Shown here: positions 24,375 through 39,082 of the stretch, one piece after another
Numbering within the stretch: position 1 is the stretch's first letter
How the letters are laid out: every line of letters starts with the position of its first letter
Source of the DNA: Octopus sinensis
Lineage: Eukaryota
Direction: 5' to 3'
DNA: 47,489 nt
Assembly: GCF_006345805.1 (NCBI RefSeq)
Contig: NW_021835153.1
Coordinates: 1-47,489, forward strand
The notes under the pieces: model-generated
Told to the model about the DNA's origin: nothing
The model's input: only the letters and a program-made list of their open reading frames with translations
Database searches by the model: none
Translations under genes and position numbers: made by a program

Positions 24375-24592
24375 TTTATTTAAAGCAGCAGAAAATTCAA
24401 CAAAATCTGTTACTCTGAGTTCTCGTTGCCGTTCATCAGACAGTTTTTTGCTGATGAACGGCAACGAGAAACTCAGAATAACAGATTTGTTGAATTTCTG
24501 CTGCTTTAAATAAAGCATATTACTCTACCACTGGTATTTGAGTACTCTTTTTTCCACCTTCTTTCACATTTATGTGTTTACTCCGGTATTAA
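24374..24592. mobile_element. Penelope-like terminal-repeat fragment forming a 65-bp-arm inverted repeat, inserted in (TA)n
   Basis: 24374-24439 and 24451-24515 are near-perfect reverse complements around an 11-nt spacer; (TA)n lies on both flanks. Confidence 0.8.
24407..24443 (-). ncRNA. Minimal type-I hammerhead ribozyme motif (slightly degenerate)
   Basis: Minus strand reads CUGU-CUGAUGA-ACG GCAA CGA-GAAC-UCAGA-GUA-ACAG: stem I CUGU/ACAG, a GCAA-capped stem II and a GUA cleavage triplet. One A of GAAA is missing in this arm but present in the plus arm (24451-24481). Confidence 0.6.
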
Positions 24593-24599
24593 TATATAT

Positions 24600-24643
<44 letters not shown>

Positions 24644-25271
24644 CTGTGCATGTGTGTGCATATACATATGTACGTGTAGTGTGTGACCTTCATACACACC
24701 AATTGGTTTAGTTCTTCAGAATATTAAAAATCAACCTTTAAGCTTTGAGAGCACCTACATAAACATATACATACATACATATATGTATATCTACCTATAT
24801 GCACACATAAACATATACATACATACATACATATATGTATATCTACCTATGCACATACACACATACGCATATATATATATATATATATGCAACCATAGAC
24901 ATACATGTCAACATATACGTACACATACATACATGGTTAAAATAAGAAAAAGAATAAAGGAATACACAGAGAGACATTAATTGCCTTGACCAAAGTGATT
25001 CTTGAAAACTGGGAATTAGAATTAAATATTATTTGTTCTTCCTCCATATACACACATGTTCACCTTATCTTCCTGTTTCGCTTTTAACACTCTCGTGCAC
25101 AAACGCAATCATAGCCACACATATACAACCATGCACATATGCAGTCGCGTAATTATATGAATGTACATAAGCATGCTTACATAACACATACATACATGCA
25201 TACATACATACATACATACATACGTACAAAATATAAAATAACGTGTGTGCATATATATGTATATACATATT

Positions 25272-25302
<31 letters not shown>

Positions 25303-25304
25303 TA

Positions 25305-25336
<32 letters not shown>

Positions 25337-25341
25337 GTAGG

Positions 25342-25375
<34 letters not shown>

Positions 25376-25879
25376 TGTATGTATGTATGTATTATGTACG
25401 TATGTATGTATGTATGTATGTATGTATGTATGTATGTATGTATGTATGTATGTATGTATGTATATACACGTTTACTGGAGTAAAAATATGTTTATAATGA
25501 ATATATTTATGGCTGGGTTATACAATCTAGTTAATCATTTTATGTTTCTCAATATTGAAATTTCTCGCTAGATAATGGAAAATAATGAGTTTCTGATGAT
25601 ATATATATATATATATATATACACATATGCTCATATATACATACATATATGTATATGTACTTATGTATACATATAATATACACATAGGTATAAGTTTATA
25701 TATATATATATATATACACACACACGCATATATATACATGTATATATAAATATGTATATGCGTATATTTATGTTTTTGTGTGTTTAGCGTTGGCTGTGAA
25801 ATTGGTTATTTCCGGAATAATAATGACATTGACAAGGCCAACAACAACCGCAACAAAAACATCTGTAACGACGACAATT

Positions 25880-26175
25880 TCAAATCCGACGATGACGATG
25901 ATGATGATGATGATGACGACGACGACGATGACGAAGATGATGATGATGATGGTGACGATGCAGCTGATAATGGTGTTGATGATAATAATGACGATGATGA
26001 TGGTAATAATAATAATAATAATGATAGTAATAATAATAATATCATTTATTTTATTTTATATTTATATTTTATATGACGAGATTAATAATAATAAAATAAT
26101 AATGACAAAAATGACGATGGCGATGATGATGATGATGAGGTTGATGATAATAACAATAGCAATAATAATAATGAT
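25880..26175 (+). repeat. Compound (GAT/GAC)n-(AAT)n trinucleotide tract
   Basis: Directly visible. Confidence 0.95.
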
Positions 26176-27004
26176 AACCATGAGAAAAATAATCAAAGCA
26201 ACAATATCGTGTGGTATATGACGAATATTATTTTTGAGATGCGGATTGTGGTCGGGGAATGAAGGCGGTGAGGGACGCAAACAGACAACGGAAGAGATAA
26301 TTTTGGAATTGAATTGTCACAACCTGAAAAACCTGGTGTCTTTGTAAAGAAATTCATTTGAAATTACATTTATATTACCGTCTTTGAATTTCTGAAATTG
26401 TCAAAAAGGGAGAAAAAAACAAACAAAAAAAAACCAAAAAACAAACAAACAACAAAACCAAAACAAACAAAAAAGGCAAAATAAAAAAAGCGACAAAACC
26501 CCCACAGAATGTACACACACACACACACACATGCGCGCGCTCGCGCGGACGGAGAAAAGTAAAGATAAAAATAAATATAAAACATAAGAAAAGGTCAATG
26601 AAAACAAAAAAAAAAAACAGAAAATTAAATAAAGAAGAAAAATCACTAAAAATGTGATAAAGCGATTCTTTCTGTTAATTTTTTTGTCGTTTGAAATAAA
26701 ATAATCATTTTATTCTATTATTTTTGTTTTTCTTTTATAAATATTCATTTATTTATTCATTTATTTATTTATTCATTTTTCGTTTGTTTGTTTGTCAGTT
26801 TGTTTGTTTGTTTCTTTGTTTGTTGTCGTTGGCCTCGGTTTTTAGAAATAGTCACCATTCAGATTTCTTTATATCGTTATTTTGTTTATTTTTTGTTTTT
26901 ATTCCCTCCCTCCCTCCCTTCTCGCCTCTGTTCTCTCTCTCCTCCTACTCCTCAATATCGTTTAACAATTGAATGACGACAGATGAAACAAATATGAAAG
27001 CGAT

Positions 27005-27069
<65 letters not shown>

Positions 27070-27070
27070 A
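27005..27070 (+). repeat. (TAC)n microsatellite
   Basis: Directly visible. Confidence 0.97.
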
Positions 27071-28051
27071 TAATGAGAATGAATCCTATCATAGGTACAA
27101 TGTTACAAATTTCTTTTTCGGAGTCACTGTGTAATCAATTGAGTCGATAGTTGACCACTTCCCCACCTAAACTATTTCATTGGTACTTTATTTTATCAAC
27201 CTCAGTAAAGATAAAAGGTAAAAAAAATCGATCTTGGCTGGAATCGAACTGAAAACTCCTGAAGGGGAATACAGCGCTGCTATACGGCAATCAAATGAAA
27301 TTTCAGAAATTAGCATACCCACTCATTGGTCGCATGCATGAGCACAGACCTTCATATACAAATGCTTTTCGTCCCGACAATAGATACATGTGCAGAAAGA
27401 CACAAAATACGCCATTTTATATTGTTGCTGTTGCTGTCCCTGCTGTTTTCTTCTTCTTCTTCTTCTTCTTCTTCTTCTTGGTCGTTCATTACCGAAGAGG
27501 GACTTTACTTTTGCTTTAGCTGATTGTTAACCTTGCAGCAACCCCTGCCTTGTTGACTACCGACATAACTTGTGCAGTCAATCGTATTATAGACTTACAT
27601 ATACGGTGTCAGTTGTGAGAACTTTGCTCAACCCCACAATTTATTAGTAACAATGTCTTGAATTGTATATAACAAGGATACAGATTATTATCTAATATAA
27701 CGTAATAATCGAGCAACCGCATAAAGCTTCCTTTTCTTGGTTCGTAATAGTATTGATATATGATTCGGAATAGGAGTGCTTGTGAAATTAGTACCTCAAC
27801 TACATGATTAGTATTTATTTCCTATAAATCCCATGAAAGAATGGAAAGTAAATTTGAAACCAAGCACTTCATGATTCTATTTAACTAAAGTATTCATACA
27901 CTTTTCTCTGATTCCTTAGTTTCGACTCTTTATGAGATACTCGGCCTTACGCTAGCCCCGTTCTATTCTTACTTTGCTATGCCATATCATATCATATAAT
28001 ATACCTATTCATGATTTCAGCATTTTAACACTTCATTATATATTCTTTACA

Positions 28052-28482
28052 AAGGCGGCGAGCTGGCAGAAACGTTGGCACGTCGGGCGAAATGCGTAGC
28101 CGCATTTCGTCTGCCGTTACGTTCTGAGTTCAAATTCCGCCGAGGTCGACTTTGCCTTTCATCCTTTCGGGGTAGATTAAATAAGTACCAGTTATGCACT
28201 GGGGTCGATGTAATCGACTTAATTCGTTTGTCTGTCCTTGATTGTCTCCTCAGTGTTTAGCCCCTTGTGGGAATAAAGAAATGAGAAACGTTAGTACGCT
28301 GGGCGAAATGCTTAGCGGTATTTCGTCTGCCGTTACGTCCTGAGTTCAAATTCCGCCAAGGTCGACTTTGCCTTTCATCCTTTCGGGGTCGATTAAATAG
28401 GCACCAGTTGCGTACCAGCGTCGATCTTATCGACTGGCCCCTTCCCTCAAAAGTTCGGGTCTTGTACCTACAGTAGAAACGA
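28052..28482 (+). mobile_element. Tandem dimer of SINE family A with two different tails
   Basis: A full copy ending AAAGAAATGAG joins a second copy at AAACGTTAG; the second ends CTTGTACCTACAGTAGAAAC-GATT. Confidence 0.92.
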
Positions 28483-28844
28483 TTATATATTCTTTACACT
28501 TCTCATGTATCAATTTATTTAAAACTCCAAATTAGTAAATTTTTATAAGTGCTTCAACATTATAACTTTTACGAAGCCCAAAGATAACTTCTCATCCTAC
28601 CAATCAATATAATTATGTAATAATTTGTATCTGTTGCCTCGATTATATTCTCGGGCAGTATTTGATGTTTTGATGTCTATTCAAAACTTTAAATTATGCT
28701 TGGCTATTATTCGCGCTGAGTGGTTGTGTTTTGTCATCTGATGAAGATTCAAATTGCCTGAACATGAAACTTCAAATCAATTTGTATAATTGCAAAACGT
28801 ATTTGTATTAATACATACATAAATACATAATTATACATATACAT

Positions 28845-29605
<761 letters not shown>

Positions 29606-30252
29606 ACAAAAAATTATTAAATACACTCCAGACAAGCATCCCTTCTTTCAAAATACAATTAGTTTGCGATAAAATTAACTTCCATTCTGTTTTTCTTCAT
29701 ATGAATTTCCACAATATGTAGGAGATTGCATTTAATCTAAAGAATTCCAAATTGGGTTTTTAAACCAATCATCATCAATGCATGAAATTTGCATATTGGT
29801 ACTTCAGATATTTTGCTGTAGGTTGCGTAGATTGTGTAGGTTATATATCTATTTAGGTGTGAAAGTATTCATTTATTTATTTATACATTAATTTCTTCTT
29901 ATTCGTTTTATTTATATAATTTCATTTATTTAAAGAAATTTAGTTATTCGGTCGATATTATTGCGACAGAAAATAGCGAAGACAACAACGGCAACGAACG
30001 ACAAACGAAAACGATGATGATGACAACGTCCGCAAGAACAATAACAAACACGAGGACAACAACAACAACAACAACAACAACAAACTTCAAGGAAACTGAA
30101 GATACAATTAGAGATCTGAAGAAATATGTTATATTCAGTGAGGAAATTAAAATAATAACAACAAACCAATAAGATGAGTAAGAAGATGAGAACAGTAACG
30201 CTGATGATGATGATAATGATGATGGTGGTGATGCTGCTGCTGACGATGATAA

Positions 30253-30302
<50 letters not shown>

Positions 30303-31577
30303 TAATAATATTTTTTTATTTGTCACAAGGGTGATGAATGAAGAGATAAAATTATAAAATACATCAGTGGTTAAGATAGAATCGATTATGAATTAGAAAA
30401 AGACAAAACAAAATAGCCGAGGAAAACAAATTCATGAAATATGGCACCTAATAAGGCGACAGCGACCTGGGGTTAATCATGGAGTTGCACATACCCAAGA
30501 TTATATTAACTACCGAGAACAAATCTCCTTCCACGTTTGTATTCTATGGCCTGGCCTACAGGACACACCGAGAATAAACATTTACTTCATTCTCACTCAG
30601 CTTTTGGCAAACTCACTTAAGGGCAACCTTTTCTTCTTTCACTCCTTTCTTACGTTTCTCTTCAGATTGTTCTTGAAGAAGTCTACGAATTCTTGGCAGA
30701 AAAGCAAAATTTACTCCCTCGAAGTTCTTGGCCGCTGGTACAAAAGATGAAGAGAATAGCTACCTTGGTAACTGCCAAAGCATGTGCTTCTTGAAGTCGT
30801 CCATAGTCTCTGCATTGGACGTCTTCTGAAATATATTCGAATTCTTTTTGATTCTCCTTATACTTCGACAGACAGGGAAGGTATTTTTGTTTGCCATTAG
30901 CATATGTTCCCTGTGTGTTTGAGATACGTACTGCTGCCTGATGAATACTGCTCCTATCATTAAAGGCATATTTCGTTTTTAGTATAGATGTGCTAATTAG
31001 TAGTGTTTTCCTAACGAGTTGTATTTTGCGTTGTGCGATGGAATACATTACTATTGCTCCTAGTTATAATTCAAAGTCAGTAGGTCGGAAAGCATTCCAC
31101 TTTTATAACCAATACAACCAACAGTTGTAGTCGTGATGTTTATAACTTCATTTAAATCACATTGATCGTTAGTAGCATGTACAGCGGTTTACAGATTAGC
31201 TATAGATGATCTTGACAAAAGATAAAATGTTACACCTTTTGCAATATACCTACCTACCTACCTACCTACCTACCTACCTACACACAGAGGTGTAGGTATA
31301 TGCTCTACCATTTATCTAATTTATTCTTTCCATTTATTGTCTTTCATCAAGACATTTCAATAAATACATCGACGTTGTCTCTCCTATTTCTCTTTGTCTT
31401 TCTTTTCCTCTTTCTCTTTCGTTTCCTTTCTCTTTCTCCCCCTCTCTCTATATATATATTCGTATAGTTGTATTTTATGTATGAATAAATTATATATACA
31501 TACCGTATCTATATATACACACATATACACATCTATCTTTCCATCTCTCTATCTTTCTATCTATCTTTCTATCTATA

Positions 31578-31627
<50 letters not shown>

Positions 31628-31824
31628 ATGTATGTATATGCACATATACACAACACATGATGTAAATATAATTATGTTTTTGATAAATTATATAAATGCA
31701 CATACACACACATACATTTATTTTTTTTCAAACAGTGCGCCTTCAATATAATATAATATATTTTTTATTCTTTTATTCTTGTACTTGTTTGAGTCATTAG
31801 TCTGCGGCTATGCTGGAGTAAGAC

Positions 31825-31888
<64 letters not shown>

Positions 31889-32073
31889 TATTATATATAT
31901 ATATATATATGTATATACATGTATATATATATATATATATATGTATATACATGTATATATATATATATAATATATATATATATATCTATATATATATATA
32001 TATATATGCGTACATACCTATCATCTATATCATTTCCTCTCTTCCCCCCATATATAAATATATGTATATATAC

Positions 32074-32147
<74 letters not shown>

Positions 32148-32215
32148 TACATATACATACGTGTACACACATATATATGTATATATATATATATATATAT
32201 ATACCTACATACATA
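31825..32215. repeat. (TA)n-derived microsatellite field
   Basis: Directly visible. Confidence 0.97.
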
Positions 32216-32493
32216 TTGCATAGGAATAGGACGTTTCATATAGGTAAGATTAACTATCTAAAGCATTAACCCGAGTGCTGCCTCACCGACTCTGTTTAAA
32301 TATTAATGTTTACATGTCTGCTGCAGTAATTAAATGGTAATCTTCAACTTCGGTCGGAAGGATTAGCAACTAAATAATTAATTAGGCTTTTAATGTCACA
32401 TTTGATTCCATGGTCATAGAATAGAATAATAGATAAGTCCACGTCAAACTGTACGTCCGTGATTTTTGTAGAAATAGACAATCATTGTTTACG

Positions 32494-32585
<92 letters not shown>

Positions 32586-32893
32586 GTATATATCATTATG
32601 CACACATACATATATATATATATATACACGTAGACGCATGTCCCCATAAATATATTTATACACACAATATATAACCACACAAGATATATTTAAAAGTACA
32701 TAGGTGATAGGCGATGGGAGTCATTCACAAGCACACACACATATATGCATGCACACATACATACTTTTATATATATATTATATATATATATATATACATA
32801 CATATATCTGTGTGTATAATACACATATAAATTTATGTGTGTATATGCACATGCACATGTGTACATGCGTATGTGTACATGCATATATGTGTG

Positions 32894-32925
<32 letters not shown>

Positions 32926-33694
32926 CTTGTATGTGCATGTGCGTGGATCTGTCTGTCTGCGTGCGTATCTGTGTAGTTTAGTACTGTTTGCCTAAAATTA
33001 AGCAGGCCACGCAGTACAAAGAGAATTCGCGCACAGTTCACTAGAGTAATTAATATATTTCAGTACAATGCTGGCATCAACGGATGTTCACTTGTTTCAC
33101 TTTAAAAATATATTCAAGTTGTGAAATAAATGCGGTCTTGCCCTGTTTTGTATGTCTGTCATTGTGTCAGTCACTCAAGGAAAAAGAAACGAAAATTGTG
33201 AAATTAGGAGAGAGTGTGTCAATGTATGAAGCATTGTTTAGCAAACAATGGAAAGATATTCGTTTTTCATGCCTGCAAAATATTTTGTTTTTTTTAGTGC
33301 TTAAGTGATATTTCTTTGTAAATTACGTTATGTGCTTACTTTGTTAGATTCGTATGAGATTGTTTTGGGAATATATTTCAGATATAGTTTTTATTGAAAC
33401 AATTTATTATTGGCTGTAATAAGTATTCATTTTGGTAATGCTAGTTCATAAAAGTTTGGGTAAAAAATATTCCCTGTATATAAATTGCAACAAACAAACA
33501 AAGGTGCTACGGAGAATCGAACTACGTGTCTGCGTTCAGCCGGACTGTCCTGATATAACTAGACCGAAAAGACTTGCTCATTTTAAACCGTGATATTTAG
33601 ATTTGAGACAAAGGCACTTCGACTTAAATAGGCAATTGTTAGAAATATTGTAATTACAGTTCTGATTATTATAAGTTTGTTGTGCATTTGTTAA

Positions 33695-33793
33695 GTAGAC
33701 CTCGGCTGAATTCGAATCCTGAAAGTGCAGACAGACGAAATGTTGCTAAGCATTTTGCCCGGTGGGCTAACGACTCCACCAGCTCGCCGCCTT
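33695..33793 (-). mobile_element. SINE family A head fragment
   Basis: Reverse complement AAGGCGGCGAGCTGGTGGAGTCGTTAGC..AAATGCTTAGC. Confidence 0.8.
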
Positions 33794-34347
33794 ATAAATA
33801 ATTATTACGAAAAAATCTCTGCCTGTTGTCATAAGATATTCAAAATTTTGAACATGATGTGCCTGTCATATTTCCCAGTATTTGTACTTTGTTACAAATA
33901 AACACAATTAGGCATATTTCTCTGCTTTATAGTAAGTATTTAAGCTTCTCAGATTAAAACGAAGTCGTTCAAATGAGAATTTTGCAATGAATCATAGCTC
34001 ATAATATTTAAGGTAAAAACACTATACATCAAAACAAATGAAGAATGCACAAACGAGAAGCAAACTACGTATCTACCATCGACCGGGTGGCCTTGATACC
34101 ACTACAGCAACCGGAGAGAGGCTTACTGACTTTTAACCGTGTTATTTAGACGATTTAATCTTACGAACGAGAAAGGTAATTAATTTTATAGATCGTTTAA
34201 GTGATATAAGTGATGATTCTGGAAGTAAACATTTTTACGAAGTTGCTTAAATGTAACTCGGCTTTCTAACATATAGCTGGCATGTAGGTGACCTTGTTCA
34301 CCCTTGCCATGCAAAGTGTTTTTATCCAAATATATTCTGAGCTTCTA

Positions 34348-34556
34348 GGGCGGCGAGCTGGCAGAAACGTTAGCACGCCGGGCGAAATGCTTCGGGGTAT
34401 TTCGTCTGCCGCTACGTTCTGAGTTCAAATTCCGCCGAGGTTGACTTTGCCTTTCATCCTTTCGGGGTCGATTAAATAAGTACTAGTTACGCACTGGCGT
34501 CGATATAATCGACTTAATCCGTTTGTCTGTCCTTGTTTGTCCCCTCTGTGTTTAGT
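34348..34556 (+). mobile_element. SINE family A, young copy with clipped tail
   Basis: Near-consensus head and core; the tail breaks off at TGTGTTTAG. Confidence 0.93.
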
Positions 34557-34830
34557 TCCAGATCTTCTCAGCTATTTCGGCTATACACGAGACTGCTCCA
34601 ATCTGGCCAGCCCCAAGAAAATCTAAGCTGAAAGCACTAGATTCTTTGGAAGAAAGCAAGCGAATGTATACGAAAACAAGGACTAAAAAAACGGAGAAAT
34701 GGTGCACAAACAGAAATGCAAACAACAGGACATTAACAGCAGGTATTTTTCGACTAAGGACGAATTAAATTAAGCTGGCGTGTGTGGAAGTGAAGCCTTA
34801 CGGCAGGGACATAAGAGATTACAGTCATGG
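34557..34830 (-). mobile_element. Probable Penelope-like terminal-repeat fragment
   Basis: Recalled similarity only (CTTCACTTCCACACACGCCAGCTTAATTTAATTCGTCCTTAGTCGAAA on the minus strand); not verifiable within the window. Confidence 0.35.
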
Positions 34831-35448
34831 GAAAAATTATTGAGGTTGCACGGATGGTAGTCGAACCAAGAGAGAAAGGTCAGGCTTGGCGGAACACCGG
34901 TCACGTGGAAGGAGAGGAGAGAGGTAGAAGGCAGAAGGATAGAAGAATTAGGGAGGGACGAGAAAGAAAGAAAAAGAAAGAGACAGGGTGAGGTTATAGA
35001 GGAGGGAAGGTGAGAATGAAAGAAAGGCCAAGAAATGTGAGAGAGGGGGAGCGAAAAAAGAAAAGTGGAAAGAACGAAGTGTGAAGAGAGGCCGAAAGAA
35101 AGAATAATGAGTCGTACAGAATCTATATATATATATATAAGTATATATATATAAGTGTTTTAGTTTTCAACCGCATTAACTACAACCCTGATACACTGCA
35201 TACATATACACATATATACGTACACGAATGCACATACACATACATGCACACAAGCTCAAGCACGCTCACACACATTCATATATCAACATTTGTGACAACT
35301 TGCCTATATTAAAATATACTTGTATACGTGTATTTGTATATCTGTGTGCGCGCGTGTGTGTGTCTGAGTTTATTTGCATTAAGTATGTTTGTATATATAT
35401 GTGTGCTTGAACTTATGTTTAATATCATGTGTTAATGTATCATTAAAG

Positions 35449-35657
35449 ACTGCTGTAATGATGGCAGCATGAGTTCAATTCCATTGGCTGACGTACGTTC
35501 GAATACAACCACAGGTATTTGAAATGTGCCTTGAGGCAACGTAATTAATTCTTTCCTTTTCGCTGTAGGAAGATGGAAATTAGGCATTAATACTGAAAGG
35601 CGCCACGAAATTGGCAAAGCCGATAGAGCATCAGGCAAAAAGCTTCGTGTAATTTAG
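35449..35657 (+). other. Candidate exon pair (35449-35514 and 35569 onward) with a 54-bp intron
   Basis: CAG|GTATTT donor and TTCTTTCCTTTTCGCTGTAG acceptor give the in-frame join DCCNDGSMSSIPLADVRSNTTT-GRWKLGINTERRHEIGKADRASGKKLRVI*. Confidence 0.35.
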
Positions 35658-35689
35658 TGACATCTACTTAAGATCTGGGTTGAAATTTA

Positions 35690-36597
35690 ATGATCTCTGC
35701 TCACGATCTGAGTTCAAATTCAGCTTATTTTTTTCTTTCCAGAGATATTCCTTCAAAGTAGTGTTAGAAAACAACATTAGGTAACATTATAAAGAGCGGT
35801 GGGGATGTGAATTGACACAATCGGTGGAGTGCCAGGCAAAATACTTTTGCGGTATGTAACTACAACCCTTTGCGTTCCGTCTTTAAATACCGCCAAGACC
35901 GACTCTGCACTTTTTAACATTTCGATGTCGATAAATACCAGTTAAGTTTTGGGCCCCACTAATCGACAGCATTTCTATTCAGTGACTTGATATTTTGTAC
36001 TTTTGTTGATCATTAGCGCGTCGAACAAAATGCTTAGCCGTATTTCCTCTGGCTCCTCATGTTCTGAGTTCAAAATTCCACCTAGGTTAACTTTGCTCTA
36101 CGATTAAATAAAATGAAGTGCCCGTCAGTGCAATCGACTGATAACTCCCGCTGAAATTACTGGTATTGTGCGGAAAATAGAACAAATTATTAAAGTGGCG
36201 AGCTGGGAGAATTGTTACCGCACCGGACACTTAGCGACATTTTTTCCGGCTCTTTACGTTCTGAATTCAAATTCCGCCAAGATCGACTTTGCCTTTCATC
36301 CTTTCGAAGTCGCTAAAATAAGTACCAGTTGAGTACTGGGGGGGTCGATGTAATCGACTTACTCCCTTCCTTCTGAAATTGCTGGCCTTGTACTAAAATT
36401 TGAAACCAATATAGTATAAGGTTCGATTTATTTTCGAGGGTGATAGTTGATTACATCGACCCCTATTGTTCAGTCGGTACTTATTTTATCCTCACTGAAA
36501 GACAAAGTCCACCTCGACGAGGTTCGAACTCAGAACACGAAGAGCGAGCCAGGAGAAATGCCGCTGAACATTTTGTACGGCTATGTCAGCACGCCAT
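35690..36597. mobile_element. Cluster of old SINE A copies (several plus; one minus at 36436-36597)
   Basis: Repeated TCTGAGTTCAAATTC, AAATGCTTAGC and GATCGACTTTGCCTTTCATC motifs. Confidence 0.8.
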
Positions 36598-37081
36598 GTT
36601 ACTGTTTTATAATATGATAAACACTCATTTCTCTCTATTTATAACATGAGATAGAAAGTGAATAGAAGAATGTATGAGGAAAGGGGATGAGTAAGTGACA
36701 GTGAGGGGGGAATGACAGCATCAGGTGGCATTCCATCCGTACCCTCCACACACATACATGATGCACACTTATTCAGCTATATACCCACAACCCTCTTCTG
36801 CCACCCTCACACACACGCAGATGTACTTAAAGACAGGCTTCTAATTAAAATATTTCAGTTCATTTAGCCTGTTATTTTCTACACCTCAAATTATCTTCAG
36901 TTAACGTATAAATACAATCTATACGTACCACTTGTTAACCGTAGACAGGCGCGGGTGGGAGGTCTACATACACACGCCATGCACATACCACATACACGAC
37001 TACTGTTATATACACACAAGCTCAATGTATATTTTGTACACACATGCATACGTCCATACGTTCATACGTATATGTAAATAT

Positions 37082-37240
<159 letters not shown>

Positions 37241-37608
37241 TTTTTTAACCCCACCTTTTTTTTGTTCTCTTTCTCTCCTTTTACGATCCCTTTTGATCGA
37301 CCCCCCCCCATTTTTTTTTTTTTTAAATTTAAATTTAAATTAAAATTTTTTTTACCTCCAAAAGAAAAGCTCTACCTTGTAATTTGTTCTATCTGTGTGC
37401 AGCCCTGTGTGGCTAATAAAGAAACATATATATATATATATATTACTTTCCATACATATCTATGTAGTCTATTTTGGTTTGCGTTAGCAGTCATTATGCG
37501 CATACATATTGCACACTACGTTATATATAATATATTGGTGAATGTACATGTGTATGTATGTGTGCGTATTGCGCATAAGAATAAAAAGATAGAGAGAAAT
37601 GAGAGAGT

Positions 37609-37656
<48 letters not shown>

Positions 37657-37704
37657 GGAGAAACGACTGAGATGAATATTCAGGTATACAAATTCAAAGA
37701 TATC

Positions 37705-37800
37705 TTATTCTTTTACTTGTTTCAGTCATTAGACAGCGGCCATGTTGGGGCACCGCCTCGAAGATTCTTAGTTGAACGAATCGACCCCAATACTTGTTAT
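37705..37800 (-). mobile_element. SINE family B 3' fragment
   Basis: TTCTTTTACTTGTTTCAGTCATT..GGCCATGTTGGGGCACCGCC. Confidence 0.8.
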
Positions 37801-38229
37801 TTTTCAAAATGTTGGTATTTAGTCTATCTGCGTTAAATTACAATTTGATGAGTAGATAGCTTACAATTAATTGAACATCTAGAATATTCATCGTTGATAC
37901 CGACGGAAGGATCCATTATGCTCCATGTTTCTAAATGTGTGTGTATGTATGTATGTATGTGTGTTTCTACATGTGTGTAAATGTACTAAACTGTATGTTG
38001 TAACTTTGTTCGAAATTAGTGATCTGTATTAATATTTAAAGTATATCTTGGATTGTCATTTTAGGAGAGGTTTGGCTGTAATTTCTAGCAGATTGAACAA
38101 TGGAATTAGGAGTTCTCAGTTAATTGTGTTGTTGTTGTTTGTTTACCTGCAAATCAAACTTAATCGAAAACGTCTATGACAAACAGCGTTTTTGGCTGTA
38201 GCCATTTCGTAAAAATTTCAGGTGTAATA

Positions 38230-38365
38230 TAAAATGGCGAACTGGCAGAATAATTAGTATGCTGAACAAAATGCTTAGCAACATCTCATCCGACTTTATG
38301 TCATGTATTCAAATTCCACCGTTGTCGACTTTGCTTTTCATCCTTTCAGGATCTATAAAATAAGT
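38230..38365 (+). mobile_element. Decayed SINE family A
   Basis: GGCGAACTGGCAGAAT..AAATGCTTAGC..TCAAATTCCACC..GTCGACTTTGC. Confidence 0.8.
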
Positions 38366-38659
38366 GTTCTTGTAATTTTAAGATGGCAGTTTGTGATCTG
38401 AGGAAGACTTAGATATAATCTATAGTTTGTTCATTGGTTGTATAGTGGCTCCGCCATTGGACTGGTCATTAATTTTGGTTCGGAACTGTATGCTTAGTAT
38501 AAACGTTATAATATTTAGGACACAGCTCTTCTTGTATAATCCTCCTTTGCTGAACTATAAAGGGTGTTATGCAATGTCCTTTTCTATGGTTTCCGAGTCG
38601 ATTAACAGATGAAGAATAAACTAGACAATTTGTTTACCTCCAGTGGTCAAGTACTCTCT

Positions 38660-39082
38660 CTTTACTCTATACTCTTTTACTTGTTTCAGTCATTTGCCTG
38701 TGGCCATGCTGGAGCACCGCATTTAGTCGAGCAAATCGATCCCAGGACTTATTCTTTGGAAGCCTAGTACTTATTCTATCGGTTTATTTTGTCGAACCGC
38801 TAAGTGACGGGGACGTAAACACACCAGCATCGGTTGTCAAGCGATGTTGGGGGCACAAACACAGATACACAAACACACACACACACACCACACACACATA
38901 GATATATATACATATATACGACGGGCTTCTTTCAGTTTCCGTCTACCAAATCCACTCACAAGGCTTTGGTTGGCTCGAGGCTAAAGTAGAAGACACTTGT
39001 TCAAGGTGCCACGCAATAGGACTGAACCCGAAACCATGAGGTTCGTAAGCAACCTACTTACCACACAGCCACTCCTACGCCT
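38660..39082 (-). mobile_element. SINE family B, full length
   Basis: Colinear reverse complement of 18056-18468. Confidence 0.93.

Noticed and set aside
28735-28785. CTGATGAAG..GAAAC hammerhead-like motif
   Set aside because: Stem II is weak, and no stem I or properly placed NUH triplet is evident.
33069-33308. Cys-rich 80-codon frame after a TTTCAG acceptor (PSI-like?)
   Set aside because: Cysteine spacing and the CxWC motif do not fit well and there is no donor; kept only as a side note to the Sema-like finding.
33503-33573. tRNA-like sequence on the minus strand (GGTCTAGT..GTTCGATTCTCC)
   Set aside because: A/B-box-like motifs are present but I cannot form acceptor and anticodon stems; at most a decayed tRNA pseudogene or SINE head.
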